Below are positions 18,685-27,441 of a stretch of 64,000 bases of DNA, one piece after another; position 1 is the first letter of the stretch, and each line of letters begins with the position of its first letter. Below the pieces are notes generated by a model that saw only the letters and a program-made list of their open reading frames with translations, was not told where the DNA came from and searched no databases. This DNA is from Solirubrobacterales bacterium. Its GTDB lineage: Bacteria > Actinomycetota > Thermoleophilia > Solirubrobacterales > JBBDJG01. Made by a program: the position numbers and the translations under genes. Location of the stretch: contig JBBDJG010000028.1 in assembly GCA_040880005.1 (NCBI GenBank), forward strand, positions 11,395 to 75,394. The letters run 5' to 3'.

Positions 18685-19227
18685 ATGACCAAGAGCAGGA
18701 GACGAGTGAAGCCCGAATCGAGCGTAAGCGAGAGCACCCGTACGGCGGTTGCGCCGGACGCGGTGGTGGATGAGATCGAAGCACGCCTCGCGCAACTCGA
18801 GCCGGACCTGGAGCTGCTTGCCGTCGAGGTTGCGCCGACGAGGGGATCGCGCACCGTGCGAATCTTCCTCGACGACCCCGATGGCGTGACCCACGAAACG
18901 TGCGCTCGCGTCACCGGACATCTCGCCGACCTGCTGCGTGAGTACTCGGTCGAGGTTTCCTCACCGGGGCCCCAGCGTCCGCTGAGCAAGCCTGCGCACT
19001 TCCGGCGCTTCATCGGCAGCCGGGCGAGAGTCAGAACTGATGAGGCGATCGATGGTCGCAGTGACTTCAAGGGCGAGCTGATAACCGCAGACGACGAGGG
19101 CGTGACGCTCGCAGGCGAGTGGGGGACGGTCACGATCGACTACGAGCGCGTTCGGCGAGCCAACCTGCTCGCGGGTGGAGATGCGGTGAGCCGTCAGAGC
19201 AAGCGACCTTCTGGAGGGCTGGAGTGA
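18685..19227 (+). CDS. rimP: Ribosome maturation factor RimP (alternative GTG start at 18706 after AGGAGA)
   Basis: LELLAVEV...RIFLDDPDGVTHETCARVTGHLADLL...YSVEVSSPGPQRPL carries the RimP signature. Only the C-terminal part of track ORF 18268..19227 is real. Confidence 0.85.
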   Translation: MTKSRRRVKPESSVSESTRTAVAPDAVVDEIEARLAQLEPDLELLAVEVAPTRGSRTVRIFLDDPDGVTHETCARVTGHLADLLREYSVEVSSPGPQRPLSKPAHFRRFIGSRARVRTDEAIDGRSDFKGELITADDEGVTLAGEWGTVTIDYERVRRANLLAGGDAVSRQSKRPSGGLE

Positions 19228-20789
19228 GCAAAGAGATCGTGGAAGCCGTTCACGCGTTGGAGCGCGAGAAGGGGATTTCGTCTGAGCGGCTCATGCTCGC
19301 GCTGGAGGACGCCCTGCTTTCGGCGTACAAGAAGACCGAGAACTCTGCGCGCTACGCGCGCGTCGACATGGATCGCGACTCGGGCGACTTCCGCGTGTTC
19401 GAGCTGATCCTTCCCGCCGACCTCGAGGAGCAGCTGATCGAAGAGGCGATCGTCGAGAAGGAGAAGGAGGAAGAGGAAGCCGGTGGCCCGGTTGATCCCG
19501 AAACAGGCGAGCGCCGCCAGCCCGAGGAGCTGGAGATCGATCTCACCCAGATTCAGCCGCACATGGACAGGGTCAAGCAACGGGATGTGACGCCCGGCGA
19601 CTTCGGTCGCATAGCAGCGCAGACTGCGAAGCAAGTGATCCTGCAGCGAATCCGCGAAGCCGAGCGCGACATGATGTTCGACGAGTATCAGGACCGCGTT
19701 GGTGAGATGATCACTGGCATCATCCAGCAGTCCGACTCGCGCTACACACTCGTGCAGCTACGCGAGCGTGTCGAGGCGCTGCTGCCCAAGTCCGAGCAGG
19801 TCGACAACGAGCGCTACGACCACGGCATGCGGGTCAAGGCCGTGATCACGGAAGTGTCGGGATCGACCAAGGGCCCGAGCATCATCGTCTCGCGCCGTAG
19901 CCCCGAGCTGATCAAGAAGCTGTTCGAGCTGGAGGTTCCCGAGGTCGCGGACAGCTTGGTGGAGATCGTCAATGTCGCGCGTGAACCGGGTTACCGATCG
20001 AAGATCGCCGTTATCTCCCACACCGATGGAGTGGACCCGGTGGGTGCCTGTGTCGGACCACGTGGATCCCGCGTGCGCATGGTCGTATCCGAGCTACGTG
20101 GCGAGAAGATCGACATCATCCCCTTCAACGACGAGCCTGCGCGGTTCGTTGCCAAGGCTCTGTCGCCCGCTCGTGTGCGCGAGGTGCTGGTTGACGACGA
20201 GAACAAACAGGCGACCGTCGTCGTTCCCGACGATCAGCTCTCACTCGCGATCGGCAAGGAAGGGCAGAACGCGCGGCTCGCCGCTCGCCTGACCGGCTGG
20301 CGGGTCGACATCAAGTCCGAGAGCGAGTTCGCCGAAGTGGAGGCCGACCTGGGCATCGAGTCCGAAGAGGAGGTCTCCGGTCGCTGCGCGGCCGTGCTGG
20401 GCTCCGGCAAGCGCTGCCCGAACGCCGCGCTGCCCAGCTCTCGCTACTGCGGCCTGCCGGCCCACCAGGAGCTGGCCGACCAGGAGGGCGACCGAGTTGG
20501 CGGCGCGGAGGCCCCCGAGCCCGACGAGGACTCCGGCGAGCCCGAGACCGCCGTCGAAGCCAGCGAGGCGGTTGAAGAAGCCGAGGCCGAGGCCGTGGAG
20601 GAAGTCGTCGAGGCGGCTGTTGAAGAAACCGTCGAGGAAGCGCTTGTGGAGGCGGTAATCGAGGAAGTCGTGGAAGAGGCCGTCGAGGAAGCAGCGGAGG
20701 AGGCTGCCGCGGAGGCACCGGAGGCGCCGGCAGCCGACACGGAAGCGCAGCGGCCCGGCGGCGACGGCGAGGCCGAAACGGAGCGCTGA
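19224..20789 (+). CDS. nusA: Transcription termination/antitermination factor NusA with an NTD insertion and a Cys/His + acidic C-terminal extension
   Basis: The GTG start overlaps the rimP stop. EIVEAVHALEREKGIS, the S1 domain and KH domains (FGRIAAQTAKQVILQRIREAER, GACVGPRGSRV, LAIGKEGQNARLAARLTGW) identify NusA. The tail has C-x9-C-x10-C-x4-H followed by an E/A/V-rich repeat. Confidence 0.93.
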   Translation: MSKEIVEAVHALEREKGISSERLMLALEDALLSAYKKTENSARYARVDMDRDSGDFRVFELILPADLEEQLIEEAIVEKEKEEEEAGGPVDPETGERRQPEELEIDLTQIQPHMDRVKQRDVTPGDFGRIAAQTAKQVILQRIREAERDMMFDEYQDRVGEMITGIIQQSDSRYTLVQLRERVEALLPKSEQVDNERYDHGMRVKAVITEVSGSTKGPSIIVSRRSPELIKKLFELEVPEVADSLVEIVNVAREPGYRSKIAVISHTDGVDPVGACVGPRGSRVRMVVSELRGEKIDIIPFNDEPARFVAKALSPARVREVLVDDENKQATVVVPDDQLSLAIGKEGQNARLAARLTGWRVDIKSESEFAEVEADLGIESEEEVSGRCAAVLGSGKRCPNAALPSSRYCGLPAHQELADQEGDRVGGAEAPEPDEDSGEPETAVEASEAVEEAEAEAVEEVVEAAVEETVEEALVEAVIEEVVEEAVEEAAEEAAAEAPEAPAADTEAQRPGGDGEAETER

Positions 20790-20792
20790 TAG

Positions 20793-23198
20793 GTGGCGAA
20801 GAAGCGCGTCTACGAGATCGCCAAGGAGCGCGGGCTCGCAAGCAAGGATCTGCTCGCGAAACTTCGTGAGGCGGGCCTCGACGTGAAAGCGGCTGCGTCA
20901 ACCGTCGACGAAAAGGACGCGCTCGCAGCGCTGAAAGGCACCAAGAAGGCAGCGCAGCCGAAGGCGAAGGCACCGACACGCAAGACCGCCACCAAAGCGC
21001 CCGCCAAGGCCGTGAGAGCAGCCAAGGCAGCCAAGGCAACAAAGGCAGCAACCACGAAGGCCGCCAAGACTGCGAAAACGACGAAGGCCGCCAAAGCAAC
21101 AAAGGCCGCAACAAAGGCCGCAACCAAGGTCGCGAAGCCGGCCGGCAACGCAAAGGCGGAACGCGACGGTCCGGCCGCCGCGCCCGTGCCGCCACCGGCG
21201 ACGGCCCAGCCAAACGGACAGGGCGGCGCGCCACCGCGCCCGAAGCGCACTGTCGCGGCCGAGCGCACCGGGTCGGTGCCGACGCGACGGCGCCGGGTAG
21301 TGATCGACTCGCAGGCTTCACGCCGCCAGCAAGGAGGCGGCCCTCCGCAGCAACAGCAGCAACGCCGACGGCGAAGCCGGGGCCGCGGAGCGCCACCGCC
21401 GGAACCTTCGGAAGCGCCGACGGCGACCGCCGTTGCCGCGCCGGAGGCGGTGCGAGTCCCGTCGGGCTCGACCGTGCGCGAGGTGGCCGAGCACTTGGGG
21501 CTCCAGACGGCCGAAGTGATCAAGAAGTTGATGTCGATGGGCGAGATGGCAACGCTCACCCAGACGCTCTCCGACGAAGCGATCGGCGTGCTTGCCAACG
21601 AGTTCGACAGGGAGGTCGAGGTCGTGAGCATGGCTGCAGAGGATGCCGAGCTTGCGGTTGTCGATGCGGAGAAGGACCTCGTCCCGCGCCCGCCGGTGGT
21701 GACGATCATGGGACACGTCGATCACGGCAAGACGTCGCTCCTGGATGCGATTCGTGAGACGGAAGTTGTGGCCGGAGAGGCGGGAGGCATCACGCAACAC
21801 ATCGGCGCCTACCAGGTCCACCACAGCGACAAGCTCGTGACGTTTCTCGACACTCCCGGCCACGAAGCGTTCACCGCAATGCGAGCTCGCGGAGCCAAGG
21901 TGACCGACATCGCTGTGATCGTCGTCGCGGCGGACGATGGAGTGATGCCGCAGACGACGGAGGCGATCGATCACGCGAAAGCGGCCGGAGTTCCGTCGAT
22001 CATCGCCGTCAACAAGATCGACAAGGAAGGCGCGCAACCCGATCGCGTGCGCAATGAGCTGGCGGCTCAGAGCCTGACGCCCGAAGAGTGGGGCGGCGAG
22101 ACCGTCTATTGCGACGTGTCGGCCAAGACCAAACAGGGCCTCGACCATCTGCTCGACATGATCCTGCTGGTGGCGGAGGTGGAGGAGCTGAAGGCCAACA
22201 AGAACGTCTCGGCTAGTGGCACGGTGATCGAGTCGCAGCTCGACCCCGGGCGCGGCCCGGTGGTCACGGTCCTGGTCCAGCGCGGCACGTTGCGAATGGG
22301 CGACGCGCTCGTGGCGGGCGCGCATGCCGGACGGGTGCGGGCCATGCATAACTTCGTCGGCACGCGGATCGACGAAGCGCTTCCGGGCGAGCCCGCCGAG
22401 GTGCTCGGCTTTGACAGCGGGCCCGATGCCGGCGAGGCGGTGCGAGTCGTCGAATCCGACAAGGAAGCGCGCCAGCTCGCCGAGGAGCGGGGACATCGGT
22501 TGAAGACGGAGGCCCTCGCCCGTCGCCAGCGCGCCGCTGTCAGTCTCGAGGACGTCTTCGAGCGGGTCAAGGAGGGCAAGACCACGGAGTTGAACCTGAT
22601 CGTCAAGGCGGACGTTGCCGGATCGCTCGAAGCGATCCAGGACGAGATCGCCAAGCTCCCCGATCAAGACATCACGATCCACATCATCCATACCGGCATC
22701 GGGGGTATCTCGGAGTCGGACGTAATGTTGGCGGCGGCGTCCGGCGCGGTGATCATCGGGTTCAACGTGCGCCCGCTCGCGGAGGCAAAGACGCTTGCCG
22801 ATCGCGAAGGCGTCGATGTGCGCACCTACACGGTGATCTACCGCGTCACGGAGGAGCTGCGGGCGGCGATGCAGGGAATGCTCGAGCCCGAAGAGGTCGA
22901 GCAGTCGCTGGGGATGGCCGAGGTGCGGAACCTCTTCAAGGCCTCCAAGGTCGGCACGATCGCCGGCTGTCACGTCACGCAGGGCAAGATCGTCAGGTCT
23001 GCGAAGGCACGCCTGGTTCGCGACGGCACAATCGTCAACGAAGGAAGGATCTCCTCCTTGAAGCGCTTCAAGGAGGACGCGAGGGAGGTCGAGGAAGGCT
23101 TCGAGTGCGGCATCACGCTCGAGGACTTCCAGGACGTCAAGGTCGATGACGTGATCGAGGCGTACGAAACCAAGAAGGTCGAGCGCAAGCTCGCATAG
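20793..23198 (+). CDS. infB: Translation initiation factor IF-2
   Basis: The N-terminus is [13 protein letters not shown] Lys/Ala/Thr-rich low-complexity linker precedes the GTPase domain ([26 protein letters not shown]). Confidence 0.97.
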   Translation: MAKKRVYEIAKERGLASKDLLAKLREAGLDVKAAASTVDEKDALAALKGTKKAAQPKAKAPTRKTATKAPAKAVRAAKAAKATKAATTKAAKTAKTTKAAKATKAATKAATKVAKPAGNAKAERDGPAAAPVPPPATAQPNGQGGAPPRPKRTVAAERTGSVPTRRRRVVIDSQASRRQQGGGPPQQQQQRRRRSRGRGAPPPEPSEAPTATAVAAPEAVRVPSGSTVREVAEHLGLQTAEVIKKLMSMGEMATLTQTLSDEAIGVLANEFDREVEVVSMAAEDAELAVVDAEKDLVPRPPVVTIMGHVDHGKTSLLDAIRETEVVAGEAGGITQHIGAYQVHHSDKLVTFLDTPGHEAFTAMRARGAKVTDIAVIVVAADDGVMPQTTEAIDHAKAAGVPSIIAVNKIDKEGAQPDRVRNELAAQSLTPEEWGGETVYCDVSAKTKQGLDHLLDMILLVAEVEELKANKNVSASGTVIESQLDPGRGPVVTVLVQRGTLRMGDALVAGAHAGRVRAMHNFVGTRIDEALPGEPAEVLGFDSGPDAGEAVRVVESDKEARQLAEERGHRLKTEALARRQRAAVSLEDVFERVKEGKTTELNLIVKADVAGSLEAIQDEIAKLPDQDITIHIIHTGIGGISESDVMLAAASGAVIIGFNVRPLAEAKTLADREGVDVRTYTVIYRVTEELRAAMQGMLEPEEVEQSLGMAEVRNLFKASKVGTIAGCHVTQGKIVRSAKARLVRDGTIVNEGRISSLKRFKEDAREVEEGFECGITLEDFQDVKVDDVIEAYETKKVERKLA

Positions 23199-23207
23199 CC
23201 GGCGGCG

Positions 23208-23507
23208 GTGCCGTTCCTAGCGGCGATAACGGTTTACCTGCATTTCGACGACAACGGAAGCCTCAAAGGCAAGCGCAAGGAACTCGTATCGCTACGTTCG
23301 GTGCTGAACCGAAGATTTGGCGCGGCGGTCGCCGAGGTCGACCATCACGACCTGTGGCAGCGCTCAACGCTGGTACTGGCGCTGGTGGGGTCGTCGCACA
23401 CCGATCTCGACCACCTCGTCGATGGAGTTGAGCGCTATCTGCTGAGCCGGCATCCCGAATCGGTGCGGATCGAGCGCCGGCTCGTCTCGTTCGAGGACCT
23501 CTCATAG
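23208..23507 (+). CDS. DUF503 (YlxP-like) protein
   Basis: The 99-aa product (LHFDDNGSLKGKRKELVSLRSVLNRRF...AVAEVDHHDLWQRS) sits in the conserved position between infB and rbfA. Confidence 0.8.
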   Translation: MPFLAAITVYLHFDDNGSLKGKRKELVSLRSVLNRRFGAAVAEVDHHDLWQRSTLVLALVGSSHTDLDHLVDGVERYLLSRHPESVRIERRLVSFEDLS

Positions 23508-23589
23508 GCGCGTTGCCGCGCGGGTGCCTCGGGGCTTCGGATATAGTCGAACGGGGTCGCAAGGGGGCTGGCGCGCGAGGCTGATTGCT

Positions 23590-23931
23590 ATGGGCAAAGA
23601 AAGGATGCGAAAGGTCAATGAGGCTATGCGCGAGGTCCTTGGCATGGCGATAGCCACGGAACTGAAGGATCCACGGGTTGGGTTCGTGACCGTTACGTCC
23701 GTGGACACGAGCCCTGATCTACGCCATGCGCATGTCTATGTGAGCGTACTGGGGGATGAGCAGCAGCGCGCGGAGACTCTCGACGGCCTCGGCTCCTCGC
23801 ACGGATACCTACAGTTCAGAGTGGCTTCGGAGCTGCGACTCAAGAACACTCCGCAGCTCGACTTTCGCTATGACGAAAGCGTGGACCGTGGAATGCGCAT
23901 CGGCCGGCTTCTCCAAGGAGACGCCGAGTGA
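23590..23931 (+). CDS. rbfA: Ribosome-binding factor A
   Basis: RMRKVNEAMREVLGMAIATELKDPRVGFVTVTSVDTSPDLRHAHVYVSV matches RbfA. The ATG is in frame within track ORF 23524..23931. Confidence 0.92.
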   Translation: MGKERMRKVNEAMREVLGMAIATELKDPRVGFVTVTSVDTSPDLRHAHVYVSVLGDEQQRAETLDGLGSSHGYLQFRVASELRLKNTPQLDFRYDESVDRGMRIGRLLQGDAE

Positions 23932-24923
23932 GTGTGGATACCGCGACCGAGCGCGCCCGGGTGGTGGCCGAGCTGCGCTCCGCGGACAGACTGCTCGTCA
24001 CCACGCACGAGAATCCCGACGGAGACGCTCTCGGATCACTTGTCGCGATGCACGAGATCTTGAAGCAGCTAGGCAAGGACTCGGTGATGTTCATGTCGGA
24101 GGAGGACTTCCCGCTGCCCTACGAGTATCGCCAGCTGCCCCTGGCAGACGTTGAGCACGATCTTCCCGCCGACGCGGACCAGCGCACGATCGTGTTTCTG
24201 GACTGCGGCAATATCGATCGTATGCCCGTCAACTTCCTCAAGCGGGAGGACGCGCACATCGTCAACATCGATCACCATCACGACAACACACGTTTCGGCA
24301 CGGCCAATCTCGTCATCGGTAGCGCTTCCTGCACGACCGAGATCATCTATGGGCTTACACGCGACCTCGAGATCGAACTGACAGCTTCGATCGCGGAAGC
24401 ACTGTATGTGGGGCTCGTGACCGACACCGGCAAGTTTCAATACGAGAACACGACTGCCGAGTCGCACCGCATGGCTGCGGAGCTGATCGAGTCCGGCGTG
24501 GACGTGCACCGCGTCTTCCGCACGCTGTACGAGGACGTGCCGTTCCCCAAGCTCGCGCTGCTGGCGCGTGTGCTGTCGCGGGTCGAGCGTCACGATGACG
24601 GCCTGCTCGCGATCTCCTACATCGAGCGCTTGGACTACGAGGAGACCGGCGCCGACGAGAGCTTTTCCGAGGGAATCGTCGATCATCTGCGTGCGCTGCA
24701 AGGAACGCAGCTGGCGGCGCTCGCGCGGGCGCAGCTCAAGGAGGGGCGTGAGCGTCTCTGGAAGGTCAGTCTGCGCGCGGGCAGCGATCGCGTCGACGTC
24801 AGCGCGATCGCTCGCGAGCAGGGCGGCGGGGGCCATCAGCAGGCGGCCGGCTTCGCGACCGAGTTGTCGCACGAGGAGCTGGTGCGGTTTCTGCTCGACG
24901 AGGTGAACGCGCAGCTCCGATGA
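23928..24923 (+). CDS. nrnA: DHH-family phosphoesterase, NrnA-like (oligoribonuclease / pAp phosphatase)
   Basis: TTHENPDGDALGS, FLDCG and NIDHHHDN give the DHH motifs, and GGGHQQAAG gives the DHHA1 motif. Confidence 0.85.
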   Translation: MSVDTATERARVVAELRSADRLLVTTHENPDGDALGSLVAMHEILKQLGKDSVMFMSEEDFPLPYEYRQLPLADVEHDLPADADQRTIVFLDCGNIDRMPVNFLKREDAHIVNIDHHHDNTRFGTANLVIGSASCTTEIIYGLTRDLEIELTASIAEALYVGLVTDTGKFQYENTTAESHRMAAELIESGVDVHRVFRTLYEDVPFPKLALLARVLSRVERHDDGLLAISYIERLDYEETGADESFSEGIVDHLRALQGTQLAALARAQLKEGRERLWKVSLRAGSDRVDVSAIAREQGGGGHQQAAGFATELSHEELVRFLLDEVNAQLR

Positions 24924-24982
24924 GAGCCGGCGGCACGGTGAGCGCACCGCAGAGCGCGCGGCCAACTGCTTGACTTCGACTC

Positions 24983-25849
24983 ATGCAAGCGAACGCGAGT
25001 GCGTGTGGTGTGCTGCTGGTGGCAAAGCCCGTCGGCATCAGCTCACACGATGTTGTCGAGCGCATTCGCCGTGCGCCTGTGGCGAGAGGTGCGCGGGTCG
25101 GACACACCGGTACGCTCGATCCATTCGCGAGCGGCCTGCTGCTGATCGTGATCGGAAGGGCCACGCGCTTTCAGCGCTATCTGGTCGGCCTGCCGAAGTC
25201 CTATCGCGCGGTCGCGCGCTTCGGCGTGCGCTCCGACACCGGCGATCCGACCGGTACGCTGACGGCGACCGGGAGCACGACGAACGAGCACGACGTTCGC
25301 GAGGCGCTTGCGCCGCTCACCGGTGAAATCAGCCAGCGGGTGCCGATGGCGTCGGCCGTCAAGGTCGGCGGTGAGCGCTTGTATCGCAAAGCACGGCGCG
25401 GTGAGACGGTCGAGACGCCGGTCCGCACGATCACGATCGAGCGGCTCGACCTGGTCGAATTCGACGAGACCGACCAGCGCGCGACGCTCGAGATCGACTG
25501 CTCGAGCGGCACCTACGTGCGCCGGCTCGTGCAGGATCTCGGCGAGGCATGCGCCACCGGCGCCCACTGCGAAACGCTCGTTCGCACAGCGGTGGGGCCG
25601 TTCTCGCTCGAGGACGCCGACGAGCGCAATCTGATCGACTTGGCGCATGCTCTCTCGTTTTTGCCCGAACGTGCCCTCTCGTCCGAGGAGGCCGAGCGTG
25701 TGCGGCACGGCGTGGCATTGCCGGCGAACGGCGAGATAGACGCTGATGGCGGGCCCGTTCGCCTCACGGGGAACGGCCGGCTCATAGCCGTCGCGGAGCG
25801 CGATGATCGGACGCTCAAGCCGGTGACAGTGATACCCGAGGGCGAATGA
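24983..25849 (+). CDS. truB: tRNA pseudouridine(55) synthase
   Basis: GVLLVAKPVGISSHDVV and GHTGTLDPFASGLLLIVIG contain the catalytic Asp. Confidence 0.93.
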   Translation: MQANASACGVLLVAKPVGISSHDVVERIRRAPVARGARVGHTGTLDPFASGLLLIVIGRATRFQRYLVGLPKSYRAVARFGVRSDTGDPTGTLTATGSTTNEHDVREALAPLTGEISQRVPMASAVKVGGERLYRKARRGETVETPVRTITIERLDLVEFDETDQRATLEIDCSSGTYVRRLVQDLGEACATGAHCETLVRTAVGPFSLEDADERNLIDLAHALSFLPERALSSEEAERVRHGVALPANGEIDADGGPVRLTGNGRLIAVAERDDRTLKPVTVIPEGE

Positions 25850-26799
25850 AGGTCTATCGGGACCTCGACGAGGTGGCGGCCGCCGATCCGGGTCGTGCAA
25901 TAGCGCTCGGCACGTTCGACGGAGTTCACCTCGGCCACCGGCGCGTGATCGGCGCGGCGATCGACCGAGCTGCGCGCTCTCGGCTGCGCTCCTGCGTCGT
26001 CACCTTCGATCCGCATCCTGAGCGCGTGTTGCGTCCCGATCGCCCGCTCAAGCTGTTATCGACGCTCGCCATCAAAGCCGAACGCATCGGTGAGTTGGGA
26101 GCGGACGAACTGGTCGCGATTCCGTTCACGACCGAGTTGTCGCGCATGAGCGCGGAAGAGTTCTGTGCCGGCGTGCTAGCGAAGCGGCTCGGCGCCACGT
26201 ATGTCAGCGTGGGCGCCAACTTTCGCTTTGGCCGCGGCGCCGAGGGAGACGCATCCACGCTCGTGGCGCAGTCTCAATTCGAAACCGAGACGGTTGCGCT
26301 GGTCGAATGGCACGGCGCTCCGATTTCCTCAACGCGAATCAGGGAGCTGGTGCAACGCGGGGACGTGCGCGACGCGGCGGAGCTTTTGGGCGCACCGTTC
26401 GCGCTCGAGGGCGAGGTCGTGAGCGGTGACAAGCGGGGGCGAGAGCTGGGTGTTCCGACCGCCAACATCGCTGCTGCGCAAGATCTCGTGATGCCTGCGG
26501 CCGGCGTTTACGCGGGTATCGTGCGTGCACGCGGGCGAGATGTACCTTCGGCGATCAACATCGGCGTCAGACCGACGTTCGGCTCGGGTGGCGAGCTGGT
26601 CGTGGAAGCGCATTTGATCGACTTCGACGCCGACCTGTACGGCGAGACACTTCGTGTCTCGTTCTTGGAGCGACTTCGTGAGGAGCTGAAGTTCGATTCG
26701 GCGGACGAGCTGGTGGCTCAGATGCGACGCGACGTGGGGGCCTCGCGCGAGATCGCGCGCTCCGCGACCGGAGCGGCAAGGGCCTCGTCAGGTCGCTGA
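25846..26799 (+). CDS. ribF: Bifunctional riboflavin kinase / FMN adenylyltransferase
   Basis: [15 protein letters not shown], the segment [10 protein letters not shown] and the kinase motif [13 protein letters not shown] are present. Confidence 0.93.
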   Translation: MKVYRDLDEVAAADPGRAIALGTFDGVHLGHRRVIGAAIDRAARSRLRSCVVTFDPHPERVLRPDRPLKLLSTLAIKAERIGELGADELVAIPFTTELSRMSAEEFCAGVLAKRLGATYVSVGANFRFGRGAEGDASTLVAQSQFETETVALVEWHGAPISSTRIRELVQRGDVRDAAELLGAPFALEGEVVSGDKRGRELGVPTANIAAAQDLVMPAAGVYAGIVRARGRDVPSAINIGVRPTFGSGGELVVEAHLIDFDADLYGETLRVSFLERLREELKFDSADELVAQMRRDVGASREIARSATGAARASSGR

Positions 26800-26830
26800 C
26801 CGGCGACGGCTTTCTGGTACCTTCTCCCGC

Positions 26831-27100
26831 GTGACACTGACCAAGGACGCAAAGAGCGAGTTGATCCAGAAGTTCGCCAAGCACGAGGGCGACACCGGTT
26901 CCGCAGAGGTCCAGGTGGCGCTGCTGACCGCACGGATCAACGAGCTGACCGAGCATCTGCGCGGGCACCGCAAGGATCATCACTCGCGGCGCGGGCTGCT
27001 GATGCTGGTCGGTCAGCGGCGGCGTCTGCTCGAGTACCTCTCCAGGGAGGACGTCGAGCGCTATCGCGGCCTGGTCCAGGAGCTCGGGCTACGTAAGTAG
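26831..27100 (+). CDS. rpsO: 30S ribosomal protein S15
   Basis: The 89-aa product contains [51 protein letters not shown]. Confidence 0.97.
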   Translation: MTLTKDAKSELIQKFAKHEGDTGSAEVQVALLTARINELTEHLRGHRKDHHSRRGLLMLVGQRRRLLEYLSREDVERYRGLVQELGLRK

Positions 27101-27115
27101 ATACGTCGCGCCGCA

Positions 27116-27325
27116 GAGCTCCCGATTTTCGCGTCCGAGAACGTGTTTCAAAATCCCCCGCGCCCGTCCGGTGGCGCCGGATCGTTGCGGATGCTTCATC
27201 TTCGGTCGGGGCAATGGCGCTGCCATTGCGCCCTCCCTGCATCCTCGCCCCGCTTGATCCGGCGCCACCAGCCTCACACGCGGGATTCCAAAATACGTTC
27301 TGAGCGAAAATCGGAATATGTTCCG
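27116..27325 (+). repeat. Palindromic element copy D: a split/long version forming a ~210-nt extended hairpin in the rpsO-pnp leader
   Basis: The left arm GAGCTCCCGATTTTCGCGTCCGAGAACGTGTTTCAAAATCCC pairs with the right arm GGGATTCCAAAATACGTTCTGAGCGAAAATCGGAATATG. Inner stems are CCGGTGGCGCCGGATC/GATCCGGCGCCACCAG and the apical GCAATGGC/GCCATTGC. Confidence 0.7.
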
Positions 27326-27441
27326 ATCGGGAGCCCTGAGGGCTCGAGTAGCGGCAGTACCTGCGCTGCTACCATGCGCGGAAATTCCGGACAGAGAACG
27401 AATCGACGCGGCCAACCGGAGGCCGCCGAAAGGAAACACAT

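Noticed and set aside
20311-21709. 361-aa and 299-aa minus-strand ORFs with striking Pro/Arg/Ser/Ala repeats.
   Set aside because: They are mirror images of the acidic NusA tail and the Lys/Ala IF-2 linker encoded on the plus strand. The repeats are a consequence of those real low-complexity regions.
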